Notes: a model not told the origin generated them from the sequence alone. A stretch of DNA of 64,000 nt from an uncultured Gemmatimonadales bacterium (GCA_965652025.1 CBFGTM010000010.1:3097-67096), one strand, 5' to 3'; shown: positions 9,865 through 18,846, numbered from the stretch's first letter. Numbers and translations: made by a program.

Positions 9865-10934
9865 GACTTGTCTTCCACCGGTGACCGCCCTCGGCTGCCG
9901 GGCGCCCGAGCCTCCATTGATCTGGGTCGGGGTGCCGCCAGCAGCGTACCCTTGGCGATCGAATCGGCCGCCGCGGCCAGGCGACGCTTGAGCTTATCGG
10001 GAACCAGGCGGTCCAGGGCGGGTGTGGGTACGTATCGCACGACTTTGCTCTCGAGCCCAAAGGCCTCGACGTGGGGAACGAACCCGCCTCGTAGGATCTC
10101 GGAGACCACCAGGAGAAAGGCATGGGGCAGATCAATCACGGCGCTGCCCAGCACGTGCCCCGGAGCCAGGGCCGCCTGGTCCCCATTGGCCCCGAAGACG
10201 TAGACGCCGGGTCTTTGCTTCACAGCCTGGAACAATCCGAGCGCAGCCGCGTCCGCGTTGTGGTGGAACATGTCGGCCCCGGCTTCCATCAGGGCCAATG
10301 CCGCCTCGCGGCCTGCGGCGACATCATCGAAGCTGTTTAGGTACACCACCCGCGTTCGAAGGTCCGGGCGGACCGATCGGCCCCCGTTCACCCAGCCCTG
10401 GTAGGCAGCTTCGATGGGCGGCAGCTCGATGCCTCCGATGAAGCCGAGGACTCCGGTCTTGCTGAGCCCGCCGGCCACGATGCCGGCCAGGTAGCTGGCC
10501 TCCTCCAATCGGAAGATTAGAGGTGAGACGTTGCCTCGGGCCCGGCGCCCCGACGTGACGATGAACGCGGTGTGCGGGTAGGAAGACGATACCCGCTCGG
10601 CGGCGTCCTGAAACTCGAACCCGTGGGCGAAGACCACGTCATAGCCCTGGACCGCATAGGCTCGGAGGGCGTCGATCTGCTCCGCTGGGGTGCGGGCCTC
10701 CACGTGGCTGACCTGGACCTTGAGGGAATCCCGGACCCGCTCGAGTCCGGCGAAGGCTCCCGCATTCCAGGCGGCGTCGGCGACGGAGCCAGGGGTTATG
10801 AGGCCGACGCGAAACGATCCAGGGGTACGGGTTGACGGATTGGGGGAGCAGGAAAGAAGCGCCATCATAAGGGCAGCGTGGCGCCAATGAGGATTCAGCA
10901 GTGCGCTGGAGCGGCCGAGTGCGGGAAATTGCAC
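9861..10934 (-). CDS. BMP-family ABC substrate-binding lipoprotein
   Basis: Lipobox LLSC; D.AWNAGAFAGL, GYDVVFAHGFEF, EASYLAG, GFIGG; exact start uncertain. Confidence 0.88.
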   Translation of the reverse strand: MQFPALGRSSALLNPHWRHAALMMALLSCSPNPSTRTPGSFRVGLITPGSVADAAWNAGAFAGLERVRDSLKVQVSHVEARTPAEQIDALRAYAVQGYDVVFAHGFEFQDAAERVSSSYPHTAFIVTSGRRARGNVSPLIFRLEEASYLAGIVAGGLSKTGVLGFIGGIELPPIEAAYQGWVNGGRSVRPDLRTRVVYLNSFDDVAAGREAALALMEAGADMFHHNADAAALGLFQAVKQRPGVYVFGANGDQAALAPGHVLGSAVIDLPHAFLLVVSEILRGGFVPHVEAFGLESKVVRYVPTPALDRLVPDKLKRRLAAAADSIAKGTLLAAPRPRSMEARAPGSRGRSPVEDKS

Positions 10935-10996
10935 CGTTCAGCGCGGGAGAGTGTGGTTCAAAGTTTTCGTTTCCACACACTTAGGTGAATTATCAA

Positions 10997-11416
10997 CTAT
11001 TTGTGGGAAGTCCCGACCGCCTGTGCCTCCATGTTGGAGTCCATTTTGACTTCTCCGGTTATCCTGGCGCCTTCTATTATAGAGATTCGCGGCGTCAGAA
11101 TGTCCCCTGCCACCAGGGCCGTCGCCTGGAGCTCCACCCGCTCATGGGCGTGAATGGCTCCGCTGACTTGCCCCGCAATCACGGCCTCCTGCGCGTGGAG
11201 ATCGCCTTCGATAACAGCCCCGGACGCAACCAGGACCTGGGTGCCCGCACGCACCGTTCCCCGGACTCGGCCCTCCACCCGCACCACCCCTTCTGTCTCC
11301 AAGTCGCCAATTACTGTCATATCGCTGGCTATAATCGAGAAGGGAATCTGGTCCGTTCGACGGCGCTTCAACTCGTTGCCCTGCTCGTCTCGGGCTGGGC
11401 TCGAGAAAATCCCCAT
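10997..11416 (-). CDS. Bactofilin (polymer-forming cytoskeletal protein)
   Basis: Repeating beta-helix pattern VIGDL/VEGRVRG/IEGDL/IAGQVSG/VAGDI/IEGARITG. Confidence 0.92.
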   Translation of the reverse strand: MGIFSSPARDEQGNELKRRRTDQIPFSIIASDMTVIGDLETEGVVRVEGRVRGTVRAGTQVLVASGAVIEGDLHAQEAVIAGQVSGAIHAHERVELQATALVAGDILTPRISIIEGARITGEVKMDSNMEAQAVGTSHK

Positions 11417-12213
11417 CAGCGGGTCTCCTTTACATAGGTCAAGGGGTCTAATGAGCTCCCCTGCTGCCGTATTTCAAAGTGAAGATGGGGGGCTGTAGAC
11501 CTGCCACTATTTCCGCTGAGCCCAATGACCTGTCCTGGAGCAACTGTTGAATTAAGTGTCACCAAGATGCGGGATAAGTGGCCGTACATTGTTTGATATT
11601 GATCTGGGTGCTCTAGTAGAACGAAGAGCCCATACTCCGGATCTTCTCCACTCTCTTTCACCGTGCCGCCCCCGGACGCGCGCACCAGACTCCCGACTGC
11701 CACGGCAATGTCAAGCCCTGGGTGCGCTTCGTTTCGGGAGGTTGCCTTGAGTTGCCCCCGAGTTATGTAGCCCGGTTCATCTAGAGGCCAGTGTCTCGGC
11801 ACACTCAAGCCAGTTGCTGTGTCCGGCAGCGAAGCGAGTCGAGCGCGGATTGGCGGCGCCACCGGAAGCTGCGAGGACTTGGCTACCGGATCCCGCACGA
11901 TCTCGCCACCCATCATCTGCCTCACCTGGGAATACCGGGACTCGGCACTATCCAGAGCGGCCGACAACTCACGCACCCTAGTATTCTCGGCACGGAGGCG
12001 CCCTAACTCGCGCTCCATCCCGGGTACCCGGGCTGCCGCCGCCACCAACGGACCATACAGCGCGGTGACCAGGGCCACGGCTACCAGGGCCAGGCCCAAG
12101 AGCCAGCTACCCACCCGCAGTGTCCAGATAGGAACCCGGATCGTTCGCGTCCTGGTGGTGCCGTCCCGCTGGATCACCAGGGTGACGGAACGCGACCGTT
12201 TCCGCTTTTTCAT
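11416..12213 (-). CDS. M23 family (LytM) peptidoglycan endopeptidase with N-terminal TM and coiled coil
   Basis: HPGLD (HxxxD), YGHL, GNSGRSTAPHLHFE (HxH). Confidence 0.92.
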   Translation of the reverse strand: MKKRKRSRSVTLVIQRDGTTRTRTIRVPIWTLRVGSWLLGLALVAVALVTALYGPLVAAAARVPGMERELGRLRAENTRVRELSAALDSAESRYSQVRQMMGGEIVRDPVAKSSQLPVAPPIRARLASLPDTATGLSVPRHWPLDEPGYITRGQLKATSRNEAHPGLDIAVAVGSLVRASGGGTVKESGEDPEYGLFVLLEHPDQYQTMYGHLSRILVTLNSTVAPGQVIGLSGNSGRSTAPHLHFEIRQQGSSLDPLTYVKETR

Positions 12214-13106
12214 CCCGCGAAAGGCTCACCCAGAATCAGCTCGAGCACCCGAGCCAGATCGTCGTTCGAGTAATAGCTGATGCTCAAGAAGCCTCGGCCC
12301 CGCCGGCGGGAGGTCACCCGGACATCGGTACCCAGACGCTTCCGAAGAGCATCCTCCACTCGGCGAATATCGGCGCTGGGTGACTTCTGCGGAGGCCTAG
12401 TCTGCGGCGCGATCCCCTGCGAGGCGGGAGCTCGAGCGGGGGTGTGGGCCCGGGTTCTATTCTCCAGCTCACGCACCGACCAGCCCTGCTCCACCGCCTG
12501 TCGGGCAAGAGTTAACTGCTGGGCTTCGTCCCCGACGGCCAGTATTGCCCTGGCATGCCCCTCGGAGAGCTCTCCCTCCTGAATCAGCTTCTTGATCTCC
12601 TCCGGCAACTTCAGCAGGCGGAGCAGATTGGCGATGGTGGAGCGATCTCGCCCGACCAGTCGGGCGATCTCCGCCTGCGCCAACTCGAACTCCTCGCCCA
12701 GGCGTTGGTATCCGGCGGCTTCTTCGATGGGACTCAGGTCGTCCCGCTGCAGATTCTCGATCAAGGCCAGGGTGAGAAGCGTCGGGTCATCGACGTCTTT
12801 TACTACCGCCGGGATCCTTGGCCACCCCAGACGTTGCACAGCGCGCCAACGCCGCTCCCCGGCGATCAACTCATACTTTCCATTCCGGGGCCGGACGATC
12901 ACCGGCTGGAGAAGACCCGACGCCTCGATCGAAGCGGTTAGCTCCGCCAACTCGGTCTCATCGATATGGGAGCGCGGCTGAAACGGATTGGGAGTCACAG
13001 TACTGACGGGGAGTTCTCGTAGTGACCCAGAAGCCTGGGCCTGATCCCGCGACACCGACCCCAGCAGGGCCTCGAGCCCGCGGCCTAAGCGCTTGGTCTC
13101 ACTCAT
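12210..13106 (-). CDS. parB: Chromosome partitioning protein ParB
   Basis: LGRGLEALL N-terminal peptide, PNPFQPR, GLLQP, AGERRWRA, ENLQR, HTH GRDRSTIANLLRLL. Confidence 0.97.
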   Translation of the reverse strand: MSETKRLGRGLEALLGSVSRDQAQASGSLRELPVSTVTPNPFQPRSHIDETELAELTASIEASGLLQPVIVRPRNGKYELIAGERRWRAVQRLGWPRIPAVVKDVDDPTLLTLALIENLQRDDLSPIEEAAGYQRLGEEFELAQAEIARLVGRDRSTIANLLRLLKLPEEIKKLIQEGELSEGHARAILAVGDEAQQLTLARQAVEQGWSVRELENRTRAHTPARAPASQGIAPQTRPPQKSPSADIRRVEDALRKRLGTDVRVTSRRRGRGFLSISYYSNDDLARVLELILGEPFAG

Positions 13107-14109
13107 GTGTTGTTACCTCCGGGAGCGGCTCCGGCTCAGAAGTGGGCCCGGGAGCTGGAATATCCGGGGCCGCAGCGCTCTCCGTAGGGCTAGGAGTACC
13201 CGCCGCCGCCGACCTGTCGTCTTCACTGGCGCTAAGCTGACTTGATACTGTGCTCATCTCTGCGTCACTACCGTGATGAATCGCAGTCTCTGCTTCACTG
13301 CCGTGGTCGACCGCGACTGGCTGAACTATTGTGGCGCCCGGGCTCTCTATTCTGCGCAATAACTCCTGCGCTACGGCCAGGTAGCTCTTGGCCCCCACCG
13401 ATTGGACATCATATAAGAGGATCGGTTTCCCAAAGCTCGGCGCCTCAGCCAGCCGCACATTCCTCGGAATCGGAGTGCCGAATACCTTAGCGCCGAAGTA
13501 CTCCTTGGCATCTTCGGCGACCTGCCGGCACAGGTTGAGGCGGGAGTCGTACATGGTCAGAAGAACCCCATTGATGGCAAGGCCGGGGTTGAAGTTCTGT
13601 TGCACTAACCTGACAGTGTTAAGAAGCTGCGATATTCCCTCCAATCCGTAATACTCGCACTGGATAGGAATAACGACGCCATTTGTTGCAGTCAGGACGT
13701 TGAGTGTGAGCAGACCAAGTGATGGAGGGCAATCAATGATGATATAGTCATAGGAATCTTGCAGCTGATCGAGTATGCCTCGAAGGATTGCTTCCCGGCC
13801 CCCTCTTTCCACCAGTTGAAGCTCGGCGCCGACCAGATCCTGCGTCGCTGGAAGCACCGAGAGAAAAGGCAGCGCGGAAATCGGGAGTACTGCCTCACCG
13901 GGGGGCTGCCCTTCCACCAGGGAGTCATACAGTGAAAGCTCCACAGTTTCCTTCGCGACCCCCACGCCACTCGTCGCGTTTCCTTGCGGATCTGAATCCA
14001 GGAGTAGAGTCCGCCGTTCGGCGATTGCCAGGGATGCTGCGAGGTTCACTGCGGTCGTGGTCTTGCCTACACCACCCTTCTGGTTTGCTATCGCTATAAC
14101 TTGGGCCAT
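13099..14109 (-). CDS. parA: Chromosome partitioning ATPase ParA/Soj with long C-terminal low-complexity tail
   Basis: NQKGGVGKTTT, DPQGNAT, IIDCPPSLG, IPRNVRLAEAPSFG; start at ATG 14109. Confidence 0.96.
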   Translation of the reverse strand: MAQVIAIANQKGGVGKTTTAVNLAASLAIAERRTLLLDSDPQGNATSGVGVAKETVELSLYDSLVEGQPPGEAVLPISALPFLSVLPATQDLVGAELQLVERGGREAILRGILDQLQDSYDYIIIDCPPSLGLLTLNVLTATNGVVIPIQCEYYGLEGISQLLNTVRLVQQNFNPGLAINGVLLTMYDSRLNLCRQVAEDAKEYFGAKVFGTPIPRNVRLAEAPSFGKPILLYDVQSVGAKSYLAVAQELLRRIESPGATIVQPVAVDHGSEAETAIHHGSDAEMSTVSSQLSASEDDRSAAAGTPSPTESAAAPDIPAPGPTSEPEPLPEVTTHE

Positions 14110-14210
14110 GGACGTCTGCGCCTCTAAGTTTAAAGCTCGCAACCTATTCCAGAGATATCGCTGCGTAACTTTATTTTCGTGTGGTGGGGGGCCCGTCGGG
14201 CGGACGCACG

Positions 14211-14238
14211 AATATAGGAGTTTGCCTCTGCCATGCAA
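14211..14238 (-). promoter_or_regulatory. Candidate sigma70-type promoter for parAB
   Basis: Minus strand TTGCAT-16 nt-TATATT about 100 nt upstream of the parA ATG. Confidence 0.5.
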
Positions 14239-14424
14239 TCTCCTGCGGCGAATAATCCCCTCGGAGTTTCAACAAACCATAAACCCTCAGACTAAATCAC
14301 GTCCCCCGCGCGAACGGGAGTCAGTTTGCATGAGGATGAGGCGCGCGGGAGATGTTTGATGGAAGGAGACGAAGCAGTTGCCAATTTCAGAGGAAGGATG
14401 GAGGCGGCCGGGTGGGAGCCGCTG

Positions 14425-14440
14425 CGTTTCACGTGAAACT
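14425..14440. promoter_or_regulatory. parS centromere site 1
   Basis: cGTTTCACGTGAAACt: perfect 14-bp core of the canonical parS palindrome, upstream of parA. Confidence 0.95.
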
Positions 14441-14445
14441 GTTCC

Positions 14446-16338
14446 TCAAGCGATGTGCCCCGTTTCACGTGAAACCACCGGAACTGCCCGAAGTCTCAGG
14501 ACAGCTCCAATGAGGTTCTGAATGTCGCTCGGCGATACCCCAGGTATCCTACTGGCTTGGCCCAGAGAGGTCGGCCGGACTTTGCCTAGTTTCTCCCGGG
14601 CTTCGCTCGAGAGTGAGCTAATACTTCGGTACTCCAGCTCGCTGGGAATCTTAAAGTCTTCCATCCGGCCGACACGATCAGCAGCGGCTCTTTCCTTGGC
14701 CATGTAGCCAGCGTATTTCAGCTCGATGTTCGCCCACTCGATCCGCTCGGAATCCACCTGTAAGCCGGTAGCACTCAGCAACTCGGCAAGTGGCACCTCA
14801 GGTCGGCGGGCCAAGTCAGCAATGCGAACTGGCTCGCGGATGGCGGCTGAGCCCAAGCTCGCTAGAACTCCATTTCCGGTTTCCGGCGACACCGACGTCG
14901 ATTCGGCCAGATCTCGCACCCGGTCCTCGGCGGCTAGGCGGGACTCAGCGGACCGGCATTCCTCTTGACTGAGGAGGTGGAGCTGCGAGGCGAGGGGATG
15001 CAGGCGGCGGAGCGCGTTGTCTTGCCTGAGGAGCAGGCGGTACTCCGACCTCGAGGTGAACAGTCGGTACGGCTCATCCACTCCTCGGCTCACCAGGTCG
15101 TCGACCAGGACTCCGATAAAGCCGTCACTCCGCGCAATCCATCCCGGTTCGAGCTCAAGCGCCTTCCCGGCTGCATTCAACCCGGCGACGACGCCCTGGG
15201 CCGCAGCCTCCTCGTATCCGGTCGTGCCATTTACCTGGCCGGCAAAGAAAAGCCCGGGGATGGCCTTTGACTCGAGCGTCGAGGTGAGCTGGGTCGGAGG
15301 GAAGAAATCGTACTCAATCGCGTAGCCGGGTCTGGTCATCCTGACATTCTTAAGCCCGGGAAGGCTCGACAAAAACTCCAACTGGACTGAGGCTGGGAGT
15401 GAGGTGGAGAGCCCATTCACGTACATCTCGGTCGTGTCCAGACCCTCGGGCTCAAGAAACACCTGGTGCCGAGCCGCTCCAGGGAACTTGACGATTTTAT
15501 CCTCGATCGAGGGGCAGTACCGGGGCCCTCTGCCGGCGATCGCTCCCCCATAGAGTGCGGACTGTTTGAGGTGACGCTCGACGATCTCCCGGAGTTTGGG
15601 CCCCGAGTAGGTCAGGTAGCACGGCCGCTGATCCGGATGGCGACTCTGGACAAAATGCGAAAACCAGTAGCTTTCCGGGTCTCCGCCTTGGCGCTCCAGC
15701 TGACCCAGATCGACGGTGCGGCCGTCTATCCGAGGCGGAGTTCCTGTCTTGAAGCGCTGTATCGTAAGCCCAGCAGCCTCAAGAGCTTCTGCTATCTCAA
15801 CCGCCGGCGCCTCACCTGCGCGGCCAGCAGCCGTCTGGTGAGCTAGCCCCATGTGTATTCTACCGCGGAGGAAGGTCCCGGCCGTTACGACAACTGCCTG
15901 AGCGCGATACTCCTCACCATCCAGTGTTATGACACCATCTATACATTCTCCTGCCATCTTGAACGCGGCAGCAGTTCCCTGGCGGAATTCGATCAGGGGA
16001 TTGGCTTCGAGCAGGGTGCGGACGGCGCGGCGGTAGAGGCCCCGGTCGCATTGGGCTCGGGGTGACCACACAGCCGGACCCTTGGAGCGATTCAGCATTC
16101 GGAACTGGATGCGCGCCAGATCGGTCGCGCGCCCCATGATTCCACCCAATGCATCGATCTCGCGTACGATCGTGCCTTTGGCGATGCCCCCGATCGCGGG
16201 ATTGCAGGACATCTGGCCGATAGTTTCCAGATGCTGGGTGAGCAACAGCGTGCGCGCACCGCGGCGGGCTGCCAGCATTGCCGCTTCGGCGCCGGCGTGC
16301 CCTCCACCGATGACGATGACGTCGTGGCGATCGCTCAT
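14446..16338 (-). CDS. mnmG: tRNA uridine-5-carboxymethylaminomethyl(34) synthesis enzyme MnmG (GidA)
   Basis: VIGGGHAG, MSCNPAIGG, RFKTGTPPR, GPRYCPSIEDK, GQVNGTTGYEEAAAQG; ATG 16338. Confidence 0.97.
   Translation of the reverse strand: MSDRHDVIVIGGGHAGAEAAMLAARRGARTLLLTQHLETIGQMSCNPAIGGIAKGTIVREIDALGGIMGRATDLARIQFRMLNRSKGPAVWSPRAQCDRGLYRRAVRTLLEANPLIEFRQGTAAAFKMAGECIDGVITLDGEEYRAQAVVVTAGTFLRGRIHMGLAHQTAAGRAGEAPAVEIAEALEAAGLTIQRFKTGTPPRIDGRTVDLGQLERQGGDPESYWFSHFVQSRHPDQRPCYLTYSGPKLREIVERHLKQSALYGGAIAGRGPRYCPSIEDKIVKFPGAARHQVFLEPEGLDTTEMYVNGLSTSLPASVQLEFLSSLPGLKNVRMTRPGYAIEYDFFPPTQLTSTLESKAIPGLFFAGQVNGTTGYEEAAAQGVVAGLNAAGKALELEPGWIARSDGFIGVLVDDLVSRGVDEPYRLFTSRSEYRLLLRQDNALRRLHPLASQLHLLSQEECRSAESRLAAEDRVRDLAESTSVSPETGNGVLASLGSAAIREPVRIADLARRPEVPLAELLSATGLQVDSERIEWANIELKYAGYMAKERAAADRVGRMEDFKIPSELEYRSISSLSSEAREKLGKVRPTSLGQASRIPGVSPSDIQNLIGAVLRLRAVPVVSRETGHIA
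14461..14476. promoter_or_regulatory. parS centromere site 2 (within mnmG 3' end)
   Basis: cGTTTCACGTGAAACc; encodes VSRET in the MnmG C-terminus. Confidence 0.95.
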
Positions 16339-16354
16339 CGGGGAACTCCTTCCC

Positions 16355-16636
16355 CTACGCGAGCTCGCCGAGGCGAGTGATCCGAGCCACTTGCTGGGAG
16401 GGAACAATCAGATGCTTGTGCTCGCTGCGGACCCCGAATTTTGCGCTGCGACGGAGATACTCTTCCTTCGGCATATCGAGTGACCCTTCGTGAATCCCCA
16501 CATCGAGCATGTGCACGCCCGCTTCGTCTTCCCGGTCATAGCGGCCGACATAGGTCGTGGGACCATGCGTCTCCACCACCACCGTGATGCCGTGAAGCTC
16601 GGCATGACCGGGGTGGAAGATGTGTCCTGGAGTCAT
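16355..16636 (-). CDS. Hypothetical protein (93 aa, beta-rich, possibly Sm-like)
   Basis: ATG 4 nt after the brx stop, ends 16 nt before mnmG; MTPGHIFHPGHAELHGITVVVETHGPTTYVGRYD... Confidence 0.7.
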   Translation of the reverse strand: MTPGHIFHPGHAELHGITVVVETHGPTTYVGRYDREDEAGVHMLDVGIHEGSLDMPKEEYLRRSAKFGVRSEHKHLIVPSQQVARITRLGELA

Positions 16637-16640
16637 TGCT

Positions 16641-17069
16641 CTAGACCGTTGCGCCGCAGTACTTGTTGAAAGCGGCGGTAAGGTTGGCCGCGATCGATTG
16701 GGGGGAACGCCCTTCGATCTGATGGCGGTGGACGAAGTGCACCACCTCGCCATCGCGCAGGAGCGCCATGGACGGGCTGCTCGGCTGATAGTCCGCGAAG
16801 TATTGACGAGCTCGCGCAACAGCGTCGAGGTCCTGGCCGGCGAACACCGTGACCACCTGCTGCGGCAGTAACGAATGCTGCAGAGCGAGAGCGAGGGCAG
16901 GACGGGCGTTGCCGGCCGCGCAGCCGCAGACCGAATTGACGAATACCAGCATGGTGCCCCGCTGGTCTCCCAGCGCGGCATCGACGTCAGCGGCGCTGGT
17001 GAGCTCCTTGGCCCCGAGCCGGGTCACCTCAGCCCGCATGGGAGCCACGAGTGCAGGGTTGTACGGCAT
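16641..17069 (-). CDS. BrxA/BrxB (YphP/YqiW) family bacilliredoxin
   Basis: VNSVCGCAAGNARP (CGC), TVFAGQD, PSSPSMAL, RHQIEGR signature motifs. Confidence 0.92.
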   Translation of the reverse strand: MPYNPALVAPMRAEVTRLGAKELTSAADVDAALGDQRGTMLVFVNSVCGCAAGNARPALALALQHSLLPQQVVTVFAGQDLDAVARARQYFADYQPSSPSMALLRDGEVVHFVHRHQIEGRSPQSIAANLTAAFNKYCGATV

Positions 17070-17122
17070 GAACTTTCCTCAGAGTCGAAGTGGTTGGAGA
17101 TCGAGGTCACTCAGGCAGTGGA

Positions 17123-17572
17123 CTATTCCGTCGTGACCACCGAATCGGGTTGTTCCAGAGCGGCCTTGAGTGCGTGCCACGAGAGCGTGGCGCACTTCAC
17201 CCGAGCAGGGAATGCCGAGACACCGCCGAATGCCGCCAGCTTGCCCAACGCTTCCACCTGGTCGGGCTCCAGCAACCCGGTCACCAATCGATGAAATCGA
17301 TTGTAGAGGTCTTTGGCTTCGTCCTTGGTCTTGCCCTTGATTGCCGCCGTCATCAGTGAGGCCGATGCTCTGGAGATGGCGCATCCGGAGCCCTGGAACG
17401 CGGCGTCGTCGATGCGATCGTCGGCCATGCGTAGCCAGACCGTCAACCGATCCCCACAGAGGGGATTGTGCCCTTCGGCTTTCCGATTGCCATCAGGCAA
17501 TACCCGATAGTTCCGAGGTGAGCGGTTGTGGTCGAGAATGAGATCCTGGTAGAGAGAGGCGAGACTGCCCAT
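17123..17572 (-). CDS. sufU: SUF system sulfur-transfer protein SufU
   Basis: LYQDLILDH, NPLCGD, GCAISRASAS, RVKCATL. Confidence 0.95.
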   Translation of the reverse strand: MGSLASLYQDLILDHNRSPRNYRVLPDGNRKAEGHNPLCGDRLTVWLRMADDRIDDAAFQGSGCAISRASASLMTAAIKGKTKDEAKDLYNRFHRLVTGLLEPDQVEALGKLAAFGGVSAFPARVKCATLSWHALKAALEQPDSVVTTE

Positions 17573-18846
17573 CAGCCGAACATCCGCTTTACTCTGGCGA
17601 TACCATCGACCAGGGCGTCAGCCTCCTCCAAGGTGTTGTAGAAGGCAAACGAGGCCCGCGCGGTGGCGGGGACACCAAAGTGCTGCATGACCGGCTGGGC
17701 ACAGTGATGGCCGGCTCTGATTGCCACCCCCTCGCCATCGAGAACGGTGGCGATGTCGTGCGGGTGCACCCCGCTCATTGTGAATGAGAGCACACTGACC
17801 TTCTCGGAAGCAGTACCGATGATCCGAACGCCCTCGATTGCGTGCAGCCGCTCGGTTGCGTACGCCAGCAGCTCCCGTTCCCATGCGGCGACAGCACTGA
17901 GACCGATTTGAGTGATGTAATCCACCGCGGCTCCCAAACCGACCGCCTGCGCGATCATGGGGGTGCCGGCCTCGAACTTGGCCGGAACCGGGGCCCAGGT
18001 GGAGCGTTCCAGCGTCACCGACTCGATCATGCCTCCGCCGCCCTGGGAGGGAGGCATCCGCTCCAGCAGTTCCTCTCGACCGTACAAAACGCCGATGCCG
18101 GTGGGCCCGAAGAGCTTGTGACCCGAGAACGCGAACCAATCGCAATCGAGCTCCTGGACGTCCACTGCGAAATGGGGAGCCGACTGAGCTCCGTCCAGCA
18201 GAACCGGGATGCTCCGCTCATGGGCCCAGCCAATCAGCCGCTTGACGGGATTTACCGTGCCGAGGGCGTTGGACACATGCGCAATCGCAATCATGCGGGT
18301 CCGGTCGGTGAGCAGGGATCGAAATCCGTCGAGATCGATCTCGCCCGATGAGGTGAGTGGCGCGGCCCGCAGCCGCGCACCGACCTGCTCGCAAAGCAGC
18401 TGCCAGGGCACGAGATTGGAGTGGTGTTCCATGCCGGTGATGAGGACTTCGTCGCCGGGCTTGAGGAAGCTTCTGCCGTAACTTTGGGCCACCAGGTTGA
18501 TCGCGTCGGTGGTTCCCCGGGTAAATACCACTTCCCGAGGGGTTCGGGCATTTATCAGGCGGGCGACCTTGGACCGGCTTTCATCGTAGGCTGCAGTTGC
18601 CTGTTCACTGAGGTAATGAACCCCGCGGTGAACGTTGGCATTGTCATGGCGATAAAATCGGCTGATGCTATCGATTACCACCTGGGGCTTCTGCGCGGTG
18701 GCCGCATTGTCCAGATAGACCAGAGGCTTGCCCCGCACCCGCCGCTGCAGGATGGGAAAGTCCCGGCGCACCCGGAACACATCGAAAGCAGCCGCCGCCC
18801 CGATTGGCGCGGTGGTACCCGCGGTGGCAATCAGGCTGCGGCTCAC
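17572..18846 (-). CDS. sufS: Cysteine desulfurase SufS
   Basis: YLDNAATAQKP, NVHRGVH, EHHSN, SGHKLFGPTG, RAGHHCAQP. Confidence 0.97.
   Translation of the reverse strand: MSRSLIATAGTTAPIGAAAAFDVFRVRRDFPILQRRVRGKPLVYLDNAATAQKPQVVIDSISRFYRHDNANVHRGVHYLSEQATAAYDESRSKVARLINARTPREVVFTRGTTDAINLVAQSYGRSFLKPGDEVLITGMEHHSNLVPWQLLCEQVGARLRAAPLTSSGEIDLDGFRSLLTDRTRMIAIAHVSNALGTVNPVKRLIGWAHERSIPVLLDGAQSAPHFAVDVQELDCDWFAFSGHKLFGPTGIGVLYGREELLERMPPSQGGGGMIESVTLERSTWAPVPAKFEAGTPMIAQAVGLGAAVDYITQIGLSAVAAWERELLAYATERLHAIEGVRIIGTASEKVSVLSFTMSGVHPHDIATVLDGEGVAIRAGHHCAQPVMQHFGVPATARASFAFYNTLEEADALVDGIARVKRMFG

Noticed and set aside
10969-11010. Three 7/9 DnaA-box-like 9-mers in an AT-richer gap after bactofilin
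   Set aside because: Too degenerate, no trios, and partly inside the CDS; cannot be distinguished from chance
14240-14420. Possible ncRNA or rsmG remnant between mnmG and parA (imperfect inverted repeat 14302-14352)
   Set aside because: No recognisable RNA family motif and no methyltransferase-like frame
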